The notes under the pieces: generated by a model
Databases searched by the model: none
What the model saw: only the letters and a program-made list of their open reading frames with translations
What the model was told of the DNA's origin: nothing
In this document: positions 50,612 through 64,000 of the stretch, piece by piece
Layout of the letters: each line of letters opens with the position of its first letter
Numbering within the stretch: position 1 is the first letter of the stretch
Translations under genes and position numbers: made by a program
Source of the DNA: Auanema rhodensis
Lineage: Eukaryota; Animalia; Nematoda
DNA: 64,000 nucleotides
Assembly (NCBI GenBank): GCA_964057225.1
Contig: OZ059900.1
Span: 10,416,001 to 10,480,000, forward strand
Reading direction: 5' to 3'

Positions 50612-53600
50612 TTGGAATCCCCTCGAAAGAGCGGGACATCAGCATATCAAAGCTTCAGATATAACAGGGTTGTAATATCTACAGCCTTCTTTAAAGAAAA
50701 CAGCGGATTCAAAAGAAATAAAATAAACTGTAGTTTGCTTTCATCTACAGTATGTATAGTTACATATATACATATAATTAACTTCCATATGATTACGTAC
50801 ATTTCGGGAGAGTGAGATATGGTTACCGAAAACTCGAATGATATACGGATATCACCATCATAGGCCATGTTGCATGATGTTATACAGTCAACTTCTCTGG
50901 TTCCTTTGCAATATTCCGTGAAAATCTTTCGCCTTTTACTAAAGATTTCCGTGCATAGGGACGCATATGAGTATCTTTCTTTTTGGAATCCCCTCGAAAG
51001 AGCGGGACATCAGCATATCAAAGCTTCAGATATAACAGGGTTGTAATCAGCCTTCTTTAAAGAAAACAGCGGATTCAAAAGAAATAAAATAAACTGTAGT
51101 TTGCTTTCATCTACAGTATGTATAGTTACATATATACATATAATTAACTTCCATATGATTACGTACATTTCGGGAGAGTGAGATATGGTTACCGAAAACT
51201 CGAATGATATACGGATATCACCATCATAGGCCATGTTGCATGATGTTATACAGTCAACTTCTCTGGTTCCTTTGCAATATTCCGTGAAAATCTTTCGCCT
51301 TTTACTAAAGATTTCCGTGCATAGGGACGCATATGAGTATCTTTCTTTTTGGAATCCCCTAGAAAGAGCGGGACATCAGCATATCAAAGCTTCAGATATA
51401 ACAGGGTTGTAATATCTACAGCCTTCTTTAAAGAAAACAGCGGATTCAAAAGAAATAAAATAAACTGTAGTTTGCTTTCATCTACAGTATGTATAGTTAC
51501 ATATATACATATAATTAACTTCCATATGATTACGTACATTTCGGGAGAGTGAGATATGGTTACCGAAAACTCGAATGATATACGGATATCACCATCATAG
51601 GCCATGTTGCATGATGTTATACAGTCAACTTCTCTGGTTCCTTTGCAATATTCCGTGAAAATCTTTCGCCTTTTACTAAAGATTTCCGTGCATAGGGACG
51701 CATATGAGTATCTTTCTTTTTGGAATCCCCTCGAAAGAGCGGGACATCAGCATATCAAAGCTTCAGATATAACAGGGTTGTAATCAGCCTTCTTTAAAGA
51801 AAACAGCGGATTCAAAAGAAATAAAATAAACTGTAGTTTGCTTTCATCTACAGTATGTATAGTTACATATATACATATAATTAAGTTCCATATGATTACG
51901 TACATTTCGGGAGAGTGAGATATGGTTACCGAAAACTCGAATGATATACGGATATCACCATCATAGGCCATGTTGCATGATGTTATACAGTCAACTTCTC
52001 TGGTTCCTTTGCAATATTCCGTGAAAATCTTTCGCCTTTTACTAAAGATTTCCGTGCATAGGGACGCATATGAGTATCTTTCTTTTTGGAATCCCCTCGA
52101 AAGAGCGGGACATCAGCATATCAAAGCTTCAGATATAACAGGGTTGTAATATCTACAGCCTTCTTTAAAGAAAACAGCGGATTCAAAAGAAATAAAATAA
52201 ACTGTAGTTTGCTTTCATCTACAGTATGTATAGTTACATATATACATATAATTAACTTCCATATGATTACGTACATTTCGGGAGAGTGAGATATGGTTAC
52301 CGAAAACTCGAATGATATACGGATATCACCATCATAGGCCATGTTGCATGATGTTATACAGTCAACTTCTCTGGTTCCTTTGCAATATTCCGTGAAAATC
52401 TTTCGCCTTTTACTAAAGATTTCCGTGCATAGGGACGCATATGAGTATCTTTCTTTTTGGAATCCCCTCGAAAGAGCGGGACATCAGCATATCAAAGCTT
52501 CAGATATAACAGGGTTGTAATCAGCCTTCTTTAAAGAAAACAGCGGATTCAAAAGAAATAAAATAAACTGTAGTTTGCTTTCATCTACAGTATGTATAGT
52601 TACATATATACATATAATTAAGTTCCATATGATTACGTACATTTCGGGAGAGTGAGATATGGTTACCGAAAACTCGAATGATATACGGATATCACCATCA
52701 TAGGCCATGTTGCATGATGTTATACAGTCAACTTCTCTGGTTCCTTTGCAATATTCCGTGAAAATCTTTCGCCTTTTACTAAAGATTTCCGTGCATAGGG
52801 ACGTATATGAGTATCTTTCTTTTTGGAATCCCCTCGAAAGAGCGGGACATCAGCATATCAAAGCTTCAGATATAACAGGGTTGTAATATCTACAGCCTTC
52901 TTTAAAGAAAACAGCGGATTCAAAAGAAATAAAATAAACTGTAGTTTGCTTTCATCTACAGTATGTATAGTTACATATATACATATAATTAACTTCCATA
53001 TGATTACGTACATTTCGGGAGAGTGAGATATGGTTACCGAAAACTCGAATGATATACGGATATCACCATCATAGGCCATGTTGCATGATGTTATACAGTC
53101 AACTTCTCTGGTTCCTTTGCAATATTCCGTGAAAATCTTTCGCCTTTTACTAAAGATTTCCGTGCATAGGGACGCATATGAGTATCTTTCTTTTTGGAAT
53201 CCCCTCGAAAGAGCGGGACATCAGCATATCAAAGCTTCAGATATAACAGGGTTGTAATATCTACAGCCTTCTTTAAAGAAAACAGCGGATTCAAAAGAAA
53301 TAAAATAAACTGTAGTTTGCTTTCATCTACAGTATGTATAGTTACATATATACATATAATTAACTTCCATATGATTACGTACATTTCGGGAGAGTGAGAT
53401 ATGGTTACCGAAAACTCGAATGATATACGGATATCACCATCATAGGCCATGTTGCATGATGTTATACAGTCAACTTCTCTGGTTCCTTTGCAATATTCCG
53501 TGAAAATCTTTCGCCTTTTACTAAAGATTTCCGTGCATAGGGACGCATATGAGTATCTTTCTTTTTGGAATCCCCTCGAAAGAGCGGGACATCAGCATAT

Positions 53601-55785
53601 CAAAGCTTCAGATATAACAGGGTTGTAATATCTACAGCCTTCTTTAAAGAAAACAGCGGATTCAAAAGAAATAAAATAAACTGTAGTTTGCTTTCATCTA
53701 CAGTATGTTTAGTTACATATATACATATAATTAACTTCCATATGATTACGTACATTTCGGGAGAGTGAGATATGGTTACCGAAAACTCGAATGATATACG
53801 GATATCACCATCATAGGCCATGTTGCATGATGTTATACAGTCAACTTCTCTGGTTCCTTTGCAATATTCCGTGAAAATCTTTCGCCTTTTACTAAAGATT
53901 TCCGTGCATAGGGACGCATATGAGTATCTTTCTTTTTGGAATCCCCTCGAAAGAGCGGGACATCAGCATATCAAAGCTTCAGATATAACAGGGTTGTAAT
54001 ATCTACAGCCTTCTTTAAAGAAAACAGCGGATTCAAAAGAAATAAAATAAACTGTAGTTTGCTTTCATCTACAGTATGTATAGTTACATATATACATATA
54101 ATTAACTTTCATATGATTACGTACATTTCGGGAGAGTGAGATATGGTTACCGAAAACTCGAATGATATACGGATATCACCATCATAGGCCATGTTGCATG
54201 ATGTTATACAGTCAACTTCTCTGGTTCCTTTGCAATATTCCGTGAAAATCTTTCGCCTTTTACTAAAGATTTCCGTGCATAGGGACGCATATGAGTATCT
54301 TTCTTTTTGGAATCCCCTCGAAAGAGCGGGACATCAGCATATCAAAGCTTCAGATATAACAGGGTTGTAATCAGCCTTCTTTAAAGAAAACAGCGGATTC
54401 AAAAGAAATAAAATAAACTGTAGTTTGCTTTCATCTACAGTATGTATAGTTACATATATACATATAATTAAGTTCCATATGATTACGTACATTTCGGGAG
54501 AGTGAGATATGGTTACCGAAAACTCGAATGATATACGGATATCACCATCATAGGCCATGTTGCATGATGTTATACAGTCAACTTCTCTGGTTCCTTTGCA
54601 ATATTCCGTGAAAATCTTTCGCCTTTTACTAAAGATTTCCGTGCATAGGGACGTATATGAGTATCTTTCTTTTTGGAATCCCCTCGAAAGAGCGGGACAT
54701 CAGCATATCAAAGCTTCAGATATAACAGGGTTGTAATATCTACAGCCTTCTTTAAAGAAAACAGCGGATTCAAAAGAAATAAAATAAACTGTAGTTTGCT
54801 TTCATCTACAGTATGTATAGTTACATATATACATATAATTAACTTTCATATGATTACGTACATTTCGGGAGAGTGAGATATGGTTACCGAAAACTCGAAT
54901 GATATACGGATATCACCATCATAGGCCATGTTGCATGATGTTCTACAGTCAACTTCTCTGGTTCCTTTGCAATATTCCGTGAAAATCTTTCGCCTTTTAC
55001 TAAAGATTTCCGTGCATAGGGACGCATATGAGTATCTTTCTTTTTGGAATCCCCTCGAAAGAGCGGGACATCAGCATATCAAAGCTTCAGATATAACAGG
55101 GTTGTAATATCTACAGCCTTCTTTAAAGAAAACAGCGGATTCAAAAGAAATAAAATAAACTGTAGTTTGCTTTCATCTACAGTATGTATAGTTACATATA
55201 TACATATAATTAACTTCCATATGATTACGTACATTTCGGGAGAGTGAGATATGGTTACCGAAAACTCGAATGATATACGGATATCACCATCATAGGCCAT
55301 GTTGCATGATGTTATACAGTCAACTTCTCTGGTTCCTTTGCAATATTCCGTGAAAATCTTTCGCCTTTTACTAAAGATTTCCGTGCATAGGGACGCATAT
55401 GAGTATCTTTCTTTTTGGAATCCCCTCGAAAGAGCGGGACATCAGCATATCAAAGCTTCAGATATAACAGGGTTGTAATATCTACAGCCTTCTTTAAAGA
55501 AAACAGCGGATTCAAAAGAAATAAAATAAACTGTAGTTTGCTTTCATCTACAGTATGTATAGTTACATATATACATATAATTAACTTCCATATGATTACG
55601 TACATTTCGGGAGAGTGAGATATGGTTACCGAAAACTCGAATGATATACGGATATCACCATCATAGGCCATGTTGCATGATGTTATACAGTCAACTTCTC
55701 TGGTTCCTTTGCAATATTCCGTGAAAATCTTTCGCCTTTTACTAAAGATTTCCGTGCATAGGGACGCATATGAGTATCTTTCTTT

Positions 55786-58700
55786 TTGGAATCCCCTCGA
55801 AAGAGCGGGACATCAGCATATCAAAGCTTCAGATATAACAGGGTTGTAATATCTACAGCCTTCTTTAAAGAAGACAGCGGATTCAAAAGAAATAAAATAA
55901 ACTGTAGTTTGCTTTCATCTACAGTATGTATAGTTACATATATACATATAATTAACTTCCATATGATTACGTACATTTCGGGAGAGTGAGATATGGTTAC
56001 CGAAAACTCGAATGATATACGGATATCACCATCATAGGCCATGTTGCATGATGTTATACAGTCAACTTCTCTGGTTCCTTTGCAATATTCCGTGAAAATC
56101 TTTCGCCTTTTACTAAAGATTTCCGTGCATAGGGACGCATATGAGTATCTTTCTTTTTGGAATCCCCTCGAAAGAGCGGGACATCAGCATATCAAAGCTT
56201 CAGATATAACAGGGTTGTAATATCTACAGCCTTCTTTAAAGAAAACAGCGGATTCAAAAGAAATAAAATAAACTGTAGTTTGCTTTCATCTACAGTATGT
56301 ATAGTTACATATATACATATAATTAACTTCCATATGATTACGTACATTTCGGGAGAGTGAGATATGGTTACCGAAAACTCGAATGATATACGGATATCAC
56401 CATCATAGGCCATGTTGCATGATGTTATACAGTCAACTTCTCTGGTTCCTTTGCAATATTCCGTGAAAATCTTTCGCCTTTTACTAAAGATTTCCGTGCA
56501 TAGGGACGCATATGAGTATCTTTCTTTTTGGAATCCCCTCGAAAGAGCGGGACATCAGCATATCAAAGCTTCAGATATAACAGGGTTGTAATATCTACAG
56601 CCTTCTTTAAAGAAAACAGCGGATTCAAAAGAAATAAAATAAACTGTAGTTTGCTTTCATCTACAGTATGTATAGTTACATATATACATATAATTAACTT
56701 CCATATGATTACGTACATTTCGGGAGAGTGAGATATGGTTACCGAAAACTCGAATGATATACGGATATCACCATCATAGGACATGTTGCATGATGTTATA
56801 CAGTCAACTTCTCTGGTTCCTTTGCAATATTCCGTGAAAATCTTTCGCCTTTTACTAAAGATTTCCGTGCATAGGGACGCATATGAGTATCTTTCTTTTT
56901 GGAATCCCCTCGAAAGAGCGGGACATCAGCATATCAAAGCTTCAGATATAACAGGGTTGTAATATCTACAGCCTTCTTTAAAGAAAACAGCGGATTCAAA
57001 AGAAATAAAATAAACTGTAGTTTGCTTTCATCTACAGTATGTATAGTTACATATATACATATAATTAACTTCCATATGATTACGTACATTTCGGGAGAGT
57101 GAGATATGGTTACCGAAAACTCGAATGATATACGGATATCACCATCATAGGCCATGTTGCATGATGTTCTACAGTCAACTTCTCTGGTTCCTTTGCAATA
57201 TTCCGTGAAAATCTTTCGCCTTTTACTAAAGATTTCCGTGCATAGGGACGCATATGAGTATCTTTCTTTTTGGAATCCCCTCGAAAGAGCGGGACATCAG
57301 CATATCAAAGCTTCAGATATAACAGGGTTGTAATATCTACAGCCTTCTTTAAAGAAAACAGCGGATTCAAAAGAAATAAAATAAACTGTAGTTTGCTTTC
57401 ATCTACAGTATGTATAGTTACATATATACATATAATTAACTTCCATATGATTACGTACATTTCGGGAGAGTGAGATATGGTTACCGAAAACTCGAATGAT
57501 ATACGGATATCACCATCATAGGCCATGTTGCATGATGTTATACAGTCAACTTCTCTGGTTCCTTTGCAATATTCCGTGAAAATCTTTCGCCTTTTACTAA
57601 AGATTTCCGTGCATAGGGACGCATATGAGTATCTTTCTTTTTGGAATCCCCTCGAAAGAGCGGGACATCAGCATATCAAAGCTTCAGATATAACAGGGTT
57701 GTAATCAGCCTTCTTTAAAGAAAACAGCGGATTCAAAAGAAATAAAATAAACTGTAGTTTGCTTTCATCTACAGTATGTATAGTTACATATATACATATA
57801 ATTAACTTCCATATGATTACGTACATTTCGGGAGAGTGAGATATGGTTACCGAAAACTCGAATGATATACGGATATCACCATCATAGGCCATGTTGCATG
57901 ATGTTATACAGTCAACTTCTCTGGTTCCTTTGCAATATTCCGTGAAAATCTTTCGCCTTTTACTAAAGATTTCCGTGCATAGGGACGCATATGAGTATCT
58001 TTCTTTTTGGAATCCCCTCGAAAGAGCGGGACATCAGCATATCAAAGCTTCAGATATAACAGGGTTGTAATATCTACAGCCTTCTTTAAAGAAAACAGCG
58101 GATTCAAAAGAAATAAAATAAACTGTAGTTTGCTTTCATCTACAGTATGTATAGTTACATATATACATATAATTAACTTCCATATGATTACGTACATTTC
58201 GGGAGAGTGAGATATGGTTACCGAAAACTCGAATGATATACGGATATCACCATCATAGGCCATGTTGCATGATGTTATACAGTCAACTTCTCTGGTTCCT
58301 TTGCAATATTCCGTGAAAATCTTTCGCCTTTTACTAAAGATTTCCGTGCATAGGGACGCATATGAGTATCTTTCTTTTTGGAATCCCCTCGAAAGAGCGG
58401 GACATCAGCATATCAAAGCTTCAGATATAACAGGGTTGTAATATCTACAGCCTTCTTTAAAGAAGACAGCGGATTCAAAAGAAATAAAATAAACTGTAGT
58501 TTGCTTTCATCTACAGTATGTATAGTTACATATATACATATAATTAACTTCCATATGATTACGTACATTTCGGGAGAGTGAGATATGGTTACCGAAAACT
58601 CGAATGATATACGGATATCACCATCATAGGCCATGTTGCATGATGTTATACAGTCAACTTCTCTGGTTCCTTTGCAATATTCCGTGAAAATCTTTCGCCT

Positions 58701-59861
58701 TTTACTAAAGATTTCCGTGCATAGGGACGCATATGAGTATCTTTCTTTTTGGAATCCCCTCGAAAGAGCGGGACATCAGCATATCAAAGCTTCAGATATA
58801 ACAGGGTTGTAATATCTACAGCCTTCTTTAAAGAAAACAGCGGATTCAAAAGAAATAAAATAAACTGTAGTTTGCTTTCATCTACAGTATGTATAGTTAC
58901 ATATATACATATAATTAACTTCCATATGATTACGTACATTTCGGGAGAGTGAGATATGGTTACCGAAAACTCGAATGATATACGGATATCACCATCATAG
59001 GCCATGTTGCATGATGTTATACAGTCAACTTCTCTGGTTCCTTTGCAATATTCCGTGAAAATCTTTCGCCTTTTACTAAAGATTTCCGTGCATAGGGACG
59101 CATATGAGTATCTTTCTTTTTGGAATCCCCTCGAAAGAGCGGGACATCAGCATATCAAAGCTTCAGATATAACAGGGTTGTAATATCTACAGCCTTCTTT
59201 AAAGAAAACAGCGGATTCAAAAGAAATAAAATAAACTGTAGTTTGCTTTCATCTACAGTATGTATAGTTACATATATACATATAATTAACTTCCATATGA
59301 TTACGTACATTTCGGGAGAGTGAGATATGGTTACCGAAAACTCGAATGATATACGGATATCACCATCATAGGACATGTTGCATGATGTTATACAGTCAAC
59401 TTCTCTGGTTCCTTTGCAATATTCCGTGAAAATCTTTCGCCTTTTACTAAAGATTTCCGTGCATAGGGACGCATATGAGTATCTTTCTTTTTGGAATCCC
59501 CTCGAAAGAGCGGGACATCAGCATATCAAAGCTTCAGATATAACAGGGTTGTAATATCTACAGCCTTCTTTAAAGAAAACAGCGGATTCAAAAGAAATAA
59601 AATAAACTGTAGTTTGCTTTCATCTACAGTATGTATAGTTACATATATACATATAATTAACTTCCATATGATTACGTACATTTCGGGAGAGTGAGATATG
59701 GTTACCGAAAACTCGAATGATATACGGATATCACCATCATAGGCCATGTTGCATGATGTTCTACAGTCAACTTCTCTGGTTCCTTTGCAATATTCCGTGA
59801 AAATCTTTCGCCTTTTACTAAAGATTTCCGTGCATAGGGACGCATATGAGTATCTTTCTTT
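55786..59861. repeat. Block duplication with 7-monomer (2592 bp) offset
   Basis: gaagacagc variant at 55786/58378, ggacatg variant at 56563/59155, followed by the gttctac variant in both. Confidence 0.85.
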
Positions 59862-62800
59862 TTGGAATCCCCTCGAAAGAGCGGGACATCAGCATATCAA
59901 AGCTTCAGATATAACAGGGTTGTAATATCTACAGCCTTCTTTAAAGAAAACAGCGGATTCAAAAGAAATAAAATAAACTGTAGTTTGCTTTCATCTACAG
60001 TATGTATAGTTACATATATACATATAATTAACTTCCATATGATTACGTACATTTCGGGAGAGTGAGATATGGTTACCGAAAACTCGAATGATATACGGAT
60101 ATCACCATCATAGGCCATGTTGCATGATGTTATACAGTCAACTTCTCTGGTTCCTTTGCAATATTCCGTGAAAATCTTTCGCCTTTTACTAAAGATTTCC
60201 GTGCATAGGGACGCATATGAGTATCTTTCTTTTTGGAATCCCCTCGAAAGAGCGGGACATCAGCATATCAAAGCTTCAGATATAACAGGGTTGTAATATC
60301 TACAGCCTTCTTTAAAGAAAACAGCGGATTCAAAAGAAATAAAATAAACTGTAGTTTGCTTTCATCTACAGTATGTATAGTTACATATATACATATAATT
60401 AACTTCCATATGATTACGTACATTTCGGGAGAGTGAGATATGGTTACCGAAAACTCGAATGATATACGGATATCACCATCATAGGCCATGTTGCATGATG
60501 TTATACAGTCAACTTCTCTGGTTCCTTTGCAATATTCCGTGAAAATCTTTCGCCTTTTACTAAAGATTTCCGTGCATAGGGACGCATATGAGTATCTTTC
60601 TTTTTGGAATCCCCTCGAAAGAGCGGGACATCAGCATATCAAAGCTTCAGATATAACAGGGTTGTAATCAGCCTTCTTTAAAGAAAACAGCGGATTCAAA
60701 AGAAATAAAATAAACTGTAGTTTGCTTTCATCTACAGTATGTATAGTTACATATATACATATAATTAACTTCCATATGATTACGTACATTTCGGGAGAGT
60801 GAGATATGGTTACCGAAAACTCGAATGATATACGGATATCACCATCATAGGCCATGTTGCATGATGTTATACAGTCAACTTCTCTGGTTCCTTTGCAATA
60901 TTCCGTGAAAATCTTTCGCCTTTTACTAAAGATTTCCGTGCATAGGAACGCATATGAGTATCTTTCTTTTTGGAATCCCCTCGAAAGAGCGGGACATCAG
61001 CATATCAAAGCTTCAGATATAACAGGGTTGTAATATCTACAGCCTTCTTTAAAGAAAACAGCGGATTCAAAAGAAATAAAATAAACTGTAGTTTGCTTTC
61101 ATCTACAGTATGTATAGTTACATATATACATATAATTAACTTCCATATGATTACGTACATTTCGGGAGAGTGAGATATGGTTACCGAAAACTCGAATGAT
61201 ATACGGATATCACCATCATAGGCCATGTTGCATGATGTTATACAGTCAACTTCTCTGGTTCCTTTGCAATATTCCGTGAAAATCTTTCGCCTTTTACTAA
61301 AGATTTCCGTGCATAGGAACGCATATGAGTATCTTTCTTTTTGGAATCCCCTCGAAAGAGCGGGACATCAGCATATCAAAGCTTCAGATATAACAGGGTT
61401 GTAATATCTACAGCCTTCTTTAAAGAAAACAGCGGATTCAAAAGAAATAAAATAAACTGTAGTTTGCTTTCATCTACAGTATGTATAGTTACATATATAC
61501 ATATAATTAACTTCCATATGATTACGTACATTTCGGGAGAGTGAGATATGGTTACCGAAAACTCGAATGATATACGGATATCACCATCATAGGCCATGTT
61601 GCATGATGTTATACAGTCAACTTCTCTGGTTCCTTTGCAATATTCCGTGAAAATCTTTCGCCTTTTACTAAAGATTTCCGTGCATAGGGACGCATATGAG
61701 TATCTTTCTTTTTGGAATCCCCTCGAAAGAGCGGGACATCAGCATATCAAAGCTTCAGATATAACAGGGTTGTAATCAGCCTTCTTTAAAGAAAACAGCG
61801 GATTCAAAAGAAATAAAATAAACTGTAGTTTGCTTTCATCTACAGTATGTATAGTTACATATATACATATAATTAACTTCCATATGATTACGTACATTTC
61901 GGGAGAGTGAGATATGGTTACCGAAAACTCGAATGATATACGGATATCACCATCATAGGCCATGTTGCATGATGTTCTACAGTCAACTTCTCTGGTTCCT
62001 TTGCAATATTCCGTGAAAATCTTTCGCCTTTTACTAAAGATTTCCGTGCATAGGGACGCATATGAGTATCTTTCTTTTTGGAATCCCCTCGAAAGAGCGG
62101 GACATCAGCATATCAAAGCTTCAGATATAACAGGGTTGTAATATCTACAGCCTTCTTTAAAGAAAACAGCGGATTCAAAAGAAATAAAATAAACTGTAGT
62201 TTGCTTTCATCTACAGTATGTATAGTTACATATATACATATAATTAACTTCCATATGATTACGTACATTTCGGGAGAGTGAGATATGGTTACCGAAAACT
62301 CGAATGATATACGGATATCACCATCATAGGCCATGTTGCATGATGTTATACAGTCAACTTCTCTGGTTCCTTTGCAATATTCCGTGAAAATCTTTCGCCT
62401 TTTACTAAAGATTTCCGTGCATAGGGACGCATATGAGTATCTTTCTTTTTGGAATCCCCTCGAAAGAGCGGGACATCAGCATATCAAAGCTTCAGATATA
62501 ACAGGGTTGTAATATCTACAGCCTTCTTTAAAGAAAACAGCGGATTCAAAAGAAATAAAATAAACTGTAGTTTGCTTTCATCTACAGTATGTATAGTTAC
62601 ATATATACATATAATTAACTTCCATATGATTACGTACATTTCGGGAGAGTGAGATATGGTTACCGAAAACTCGAATGATATACGGATATCACCATCATAG
62701 GCCATGTTGCATGATGTTATACAGTCAACTTCTCTGGTTCCTTTGCAATATTCCGTGAAAATCTTTCGCCTTTTACTAAAGATTTCCGTGCATAGGGACG

Positions 62801-64000
62801 CATATGAGTATCTTTCTTTTTGGAATCCCCTCGAAAGAGCGGGACATCAGCATATCAAAGCTTCAGATATAACAGGGTTGTAATATCTACAGCCTTCTTT
62901 AAAGAAAACAGCGGATTCAAAAGAAATAAAATAAACTGTAGTTTGCTTTCATCTACAGTATGTATAGTTACATATATACATATAATTAACTTCCATATGA
63001 TTACGTACATTTCGGGAGAGTGAGATATGGTTACCGAAAACTCGAATGATATACGGATATCACCATCATAGGACATGTTGCATGATGTTATACAGTCAAC
63101 TTCTCTGGTTCCTTTGCAATATTCCGTGAAAATCTTTCGCCTTTTACTAAAGATTTCCGTGCATAGGGACGCATATGAGTATCTTTCTTTTTGGAATCCC
63201 CTCGAAAGAGCGGGACATCAGCATATCAAAGCTTCAGATATAACAGGGTTGTAATATCTACAGCCTTCTTTAAAGAAAACAGCGGATTCAAAAGAAATAA
63301 AATAAACTGTAGTTTGCTTTCATCTACAGTATGTATAGTTACATATATACATATAATTAACTTCCATATGATTACGTACATTTCGGGAGAGTGAGATATG
63401 GTTACCGAAAACTCGAATGATATACGGATATCACCATCATAGGCCATGTTGCATGATGTTATACAGTCAACTTCTCTGGTTCCTTTGCAATATTCCGTGA
63501 AAATCTTTCGCCTTTTACTAAAGATTTCCGTGCATAGGGACGCATATGAGTATCTTTCTTTTTGGAATCCCCTCGAAAGAGCGGGACATCAGCATATCAA
63601 AGCTTCAGATATAACAGGGTTGTAATCAGCCTTCTTTAAAGAAAACAGCGGATTCAAAAGAAATAAAATAAACTGTAGTTTGCTTTCATCTACAGTATGT
63701 ATAGTTACATATATACATATAATTAACTTCCATATGATTACGTACATTTCGGGAGAGTGAGATATGGTTACCGAAAACTCGAATGATATACGGATATCAC
63801 CATCATAGGCCATGTTGCATGATGTTCTACAGTCAACTTCTCTGGTTCCTTTGCAATATTCCGTGAAAATCTTTCGCCTTTTACTAAAGATTTCCGTGCA
63901 TAGGGACGCATATGAGTATCTTTCTTTTTGGAATCCCCTCGAAAGAGCGGGACATCAGCATATCAAAGCTTCAGATATAACAGGGTTGTAATATCTACAG

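Larger units (their letters stand above)
15919..64000. repeat. 371/366-bp tandem satellite, main array (about 130 head-to-tail monomers, continues beyond the window)
   Basis: Uninterrupted periodicity; monomers differ by only a few substitutions; recurrent 5-bp deletion (gtaatatctacagcc to gtaatcagcc) gives 366-bp units; one 370-bp unit near 22105. Confidence 0.99.

Noticed and set aside
11263-63813. Repeated 67-83 aa ORFs as a tandem gene family
   Set aside because: The + ORF starts at TTG, both strands overlap, and common variants introduce stops and frameshifts; they are by-products of the satellite periodicity.
11052-64000. CRISPR array
   Set aside because: No unique spacers; the whole 371-bp unit repeats; eukaryotic context; no cas genes.
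11052-64000. 5S rRNA, spliced-leader, tRNA or histone repeat unit
   Set aside because: No 5S or SL1 (GGTTTAATTACCCAAGTTTGAG) sequence, cloverleaf or histone ORF recognised on either strand.

Overview
AT-rich eukaryotic DNA, probably nematode (41-69 nt GT-AG introns, TTTAG/TTTCAG-type acceptors, acceptors directly before start codons); the taxon is inferred. 1-9.2 kb: low-complexity intergenic/intronic sequence with microsatellites and at most isolated candidate exons. 9214-10849: compact 8-exon gene (about 437 aa, coiled-coil segment, basic tail, unknown family) whose 7 introns are all phase 0. From about 11.0 kb to the window end: a highly homogeneous 371/366-bp tandem satellite (about 6 + about 130 monomers) with local higher-order repeats; it explains almost all of the repeated 67-83 aa ORFs in the track. 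One monomer is interrupted by a 2.7-kb composite island (13194-15918): a T-tract, a 4-exon gene with an N-terminal ubiquitin-like domain that is split by a 5'-truncated CR1-like LINE with a frame-restoring CAAAAT target-site duplication, and a 207-bp TIR element. The satellite monomer is tiled with short dyads and has a 120-codon open frame on the minus strand, suggesting origin from a gene fragment and/or a structured RNA. All calls were made by eye; no database search or folding computation was run.
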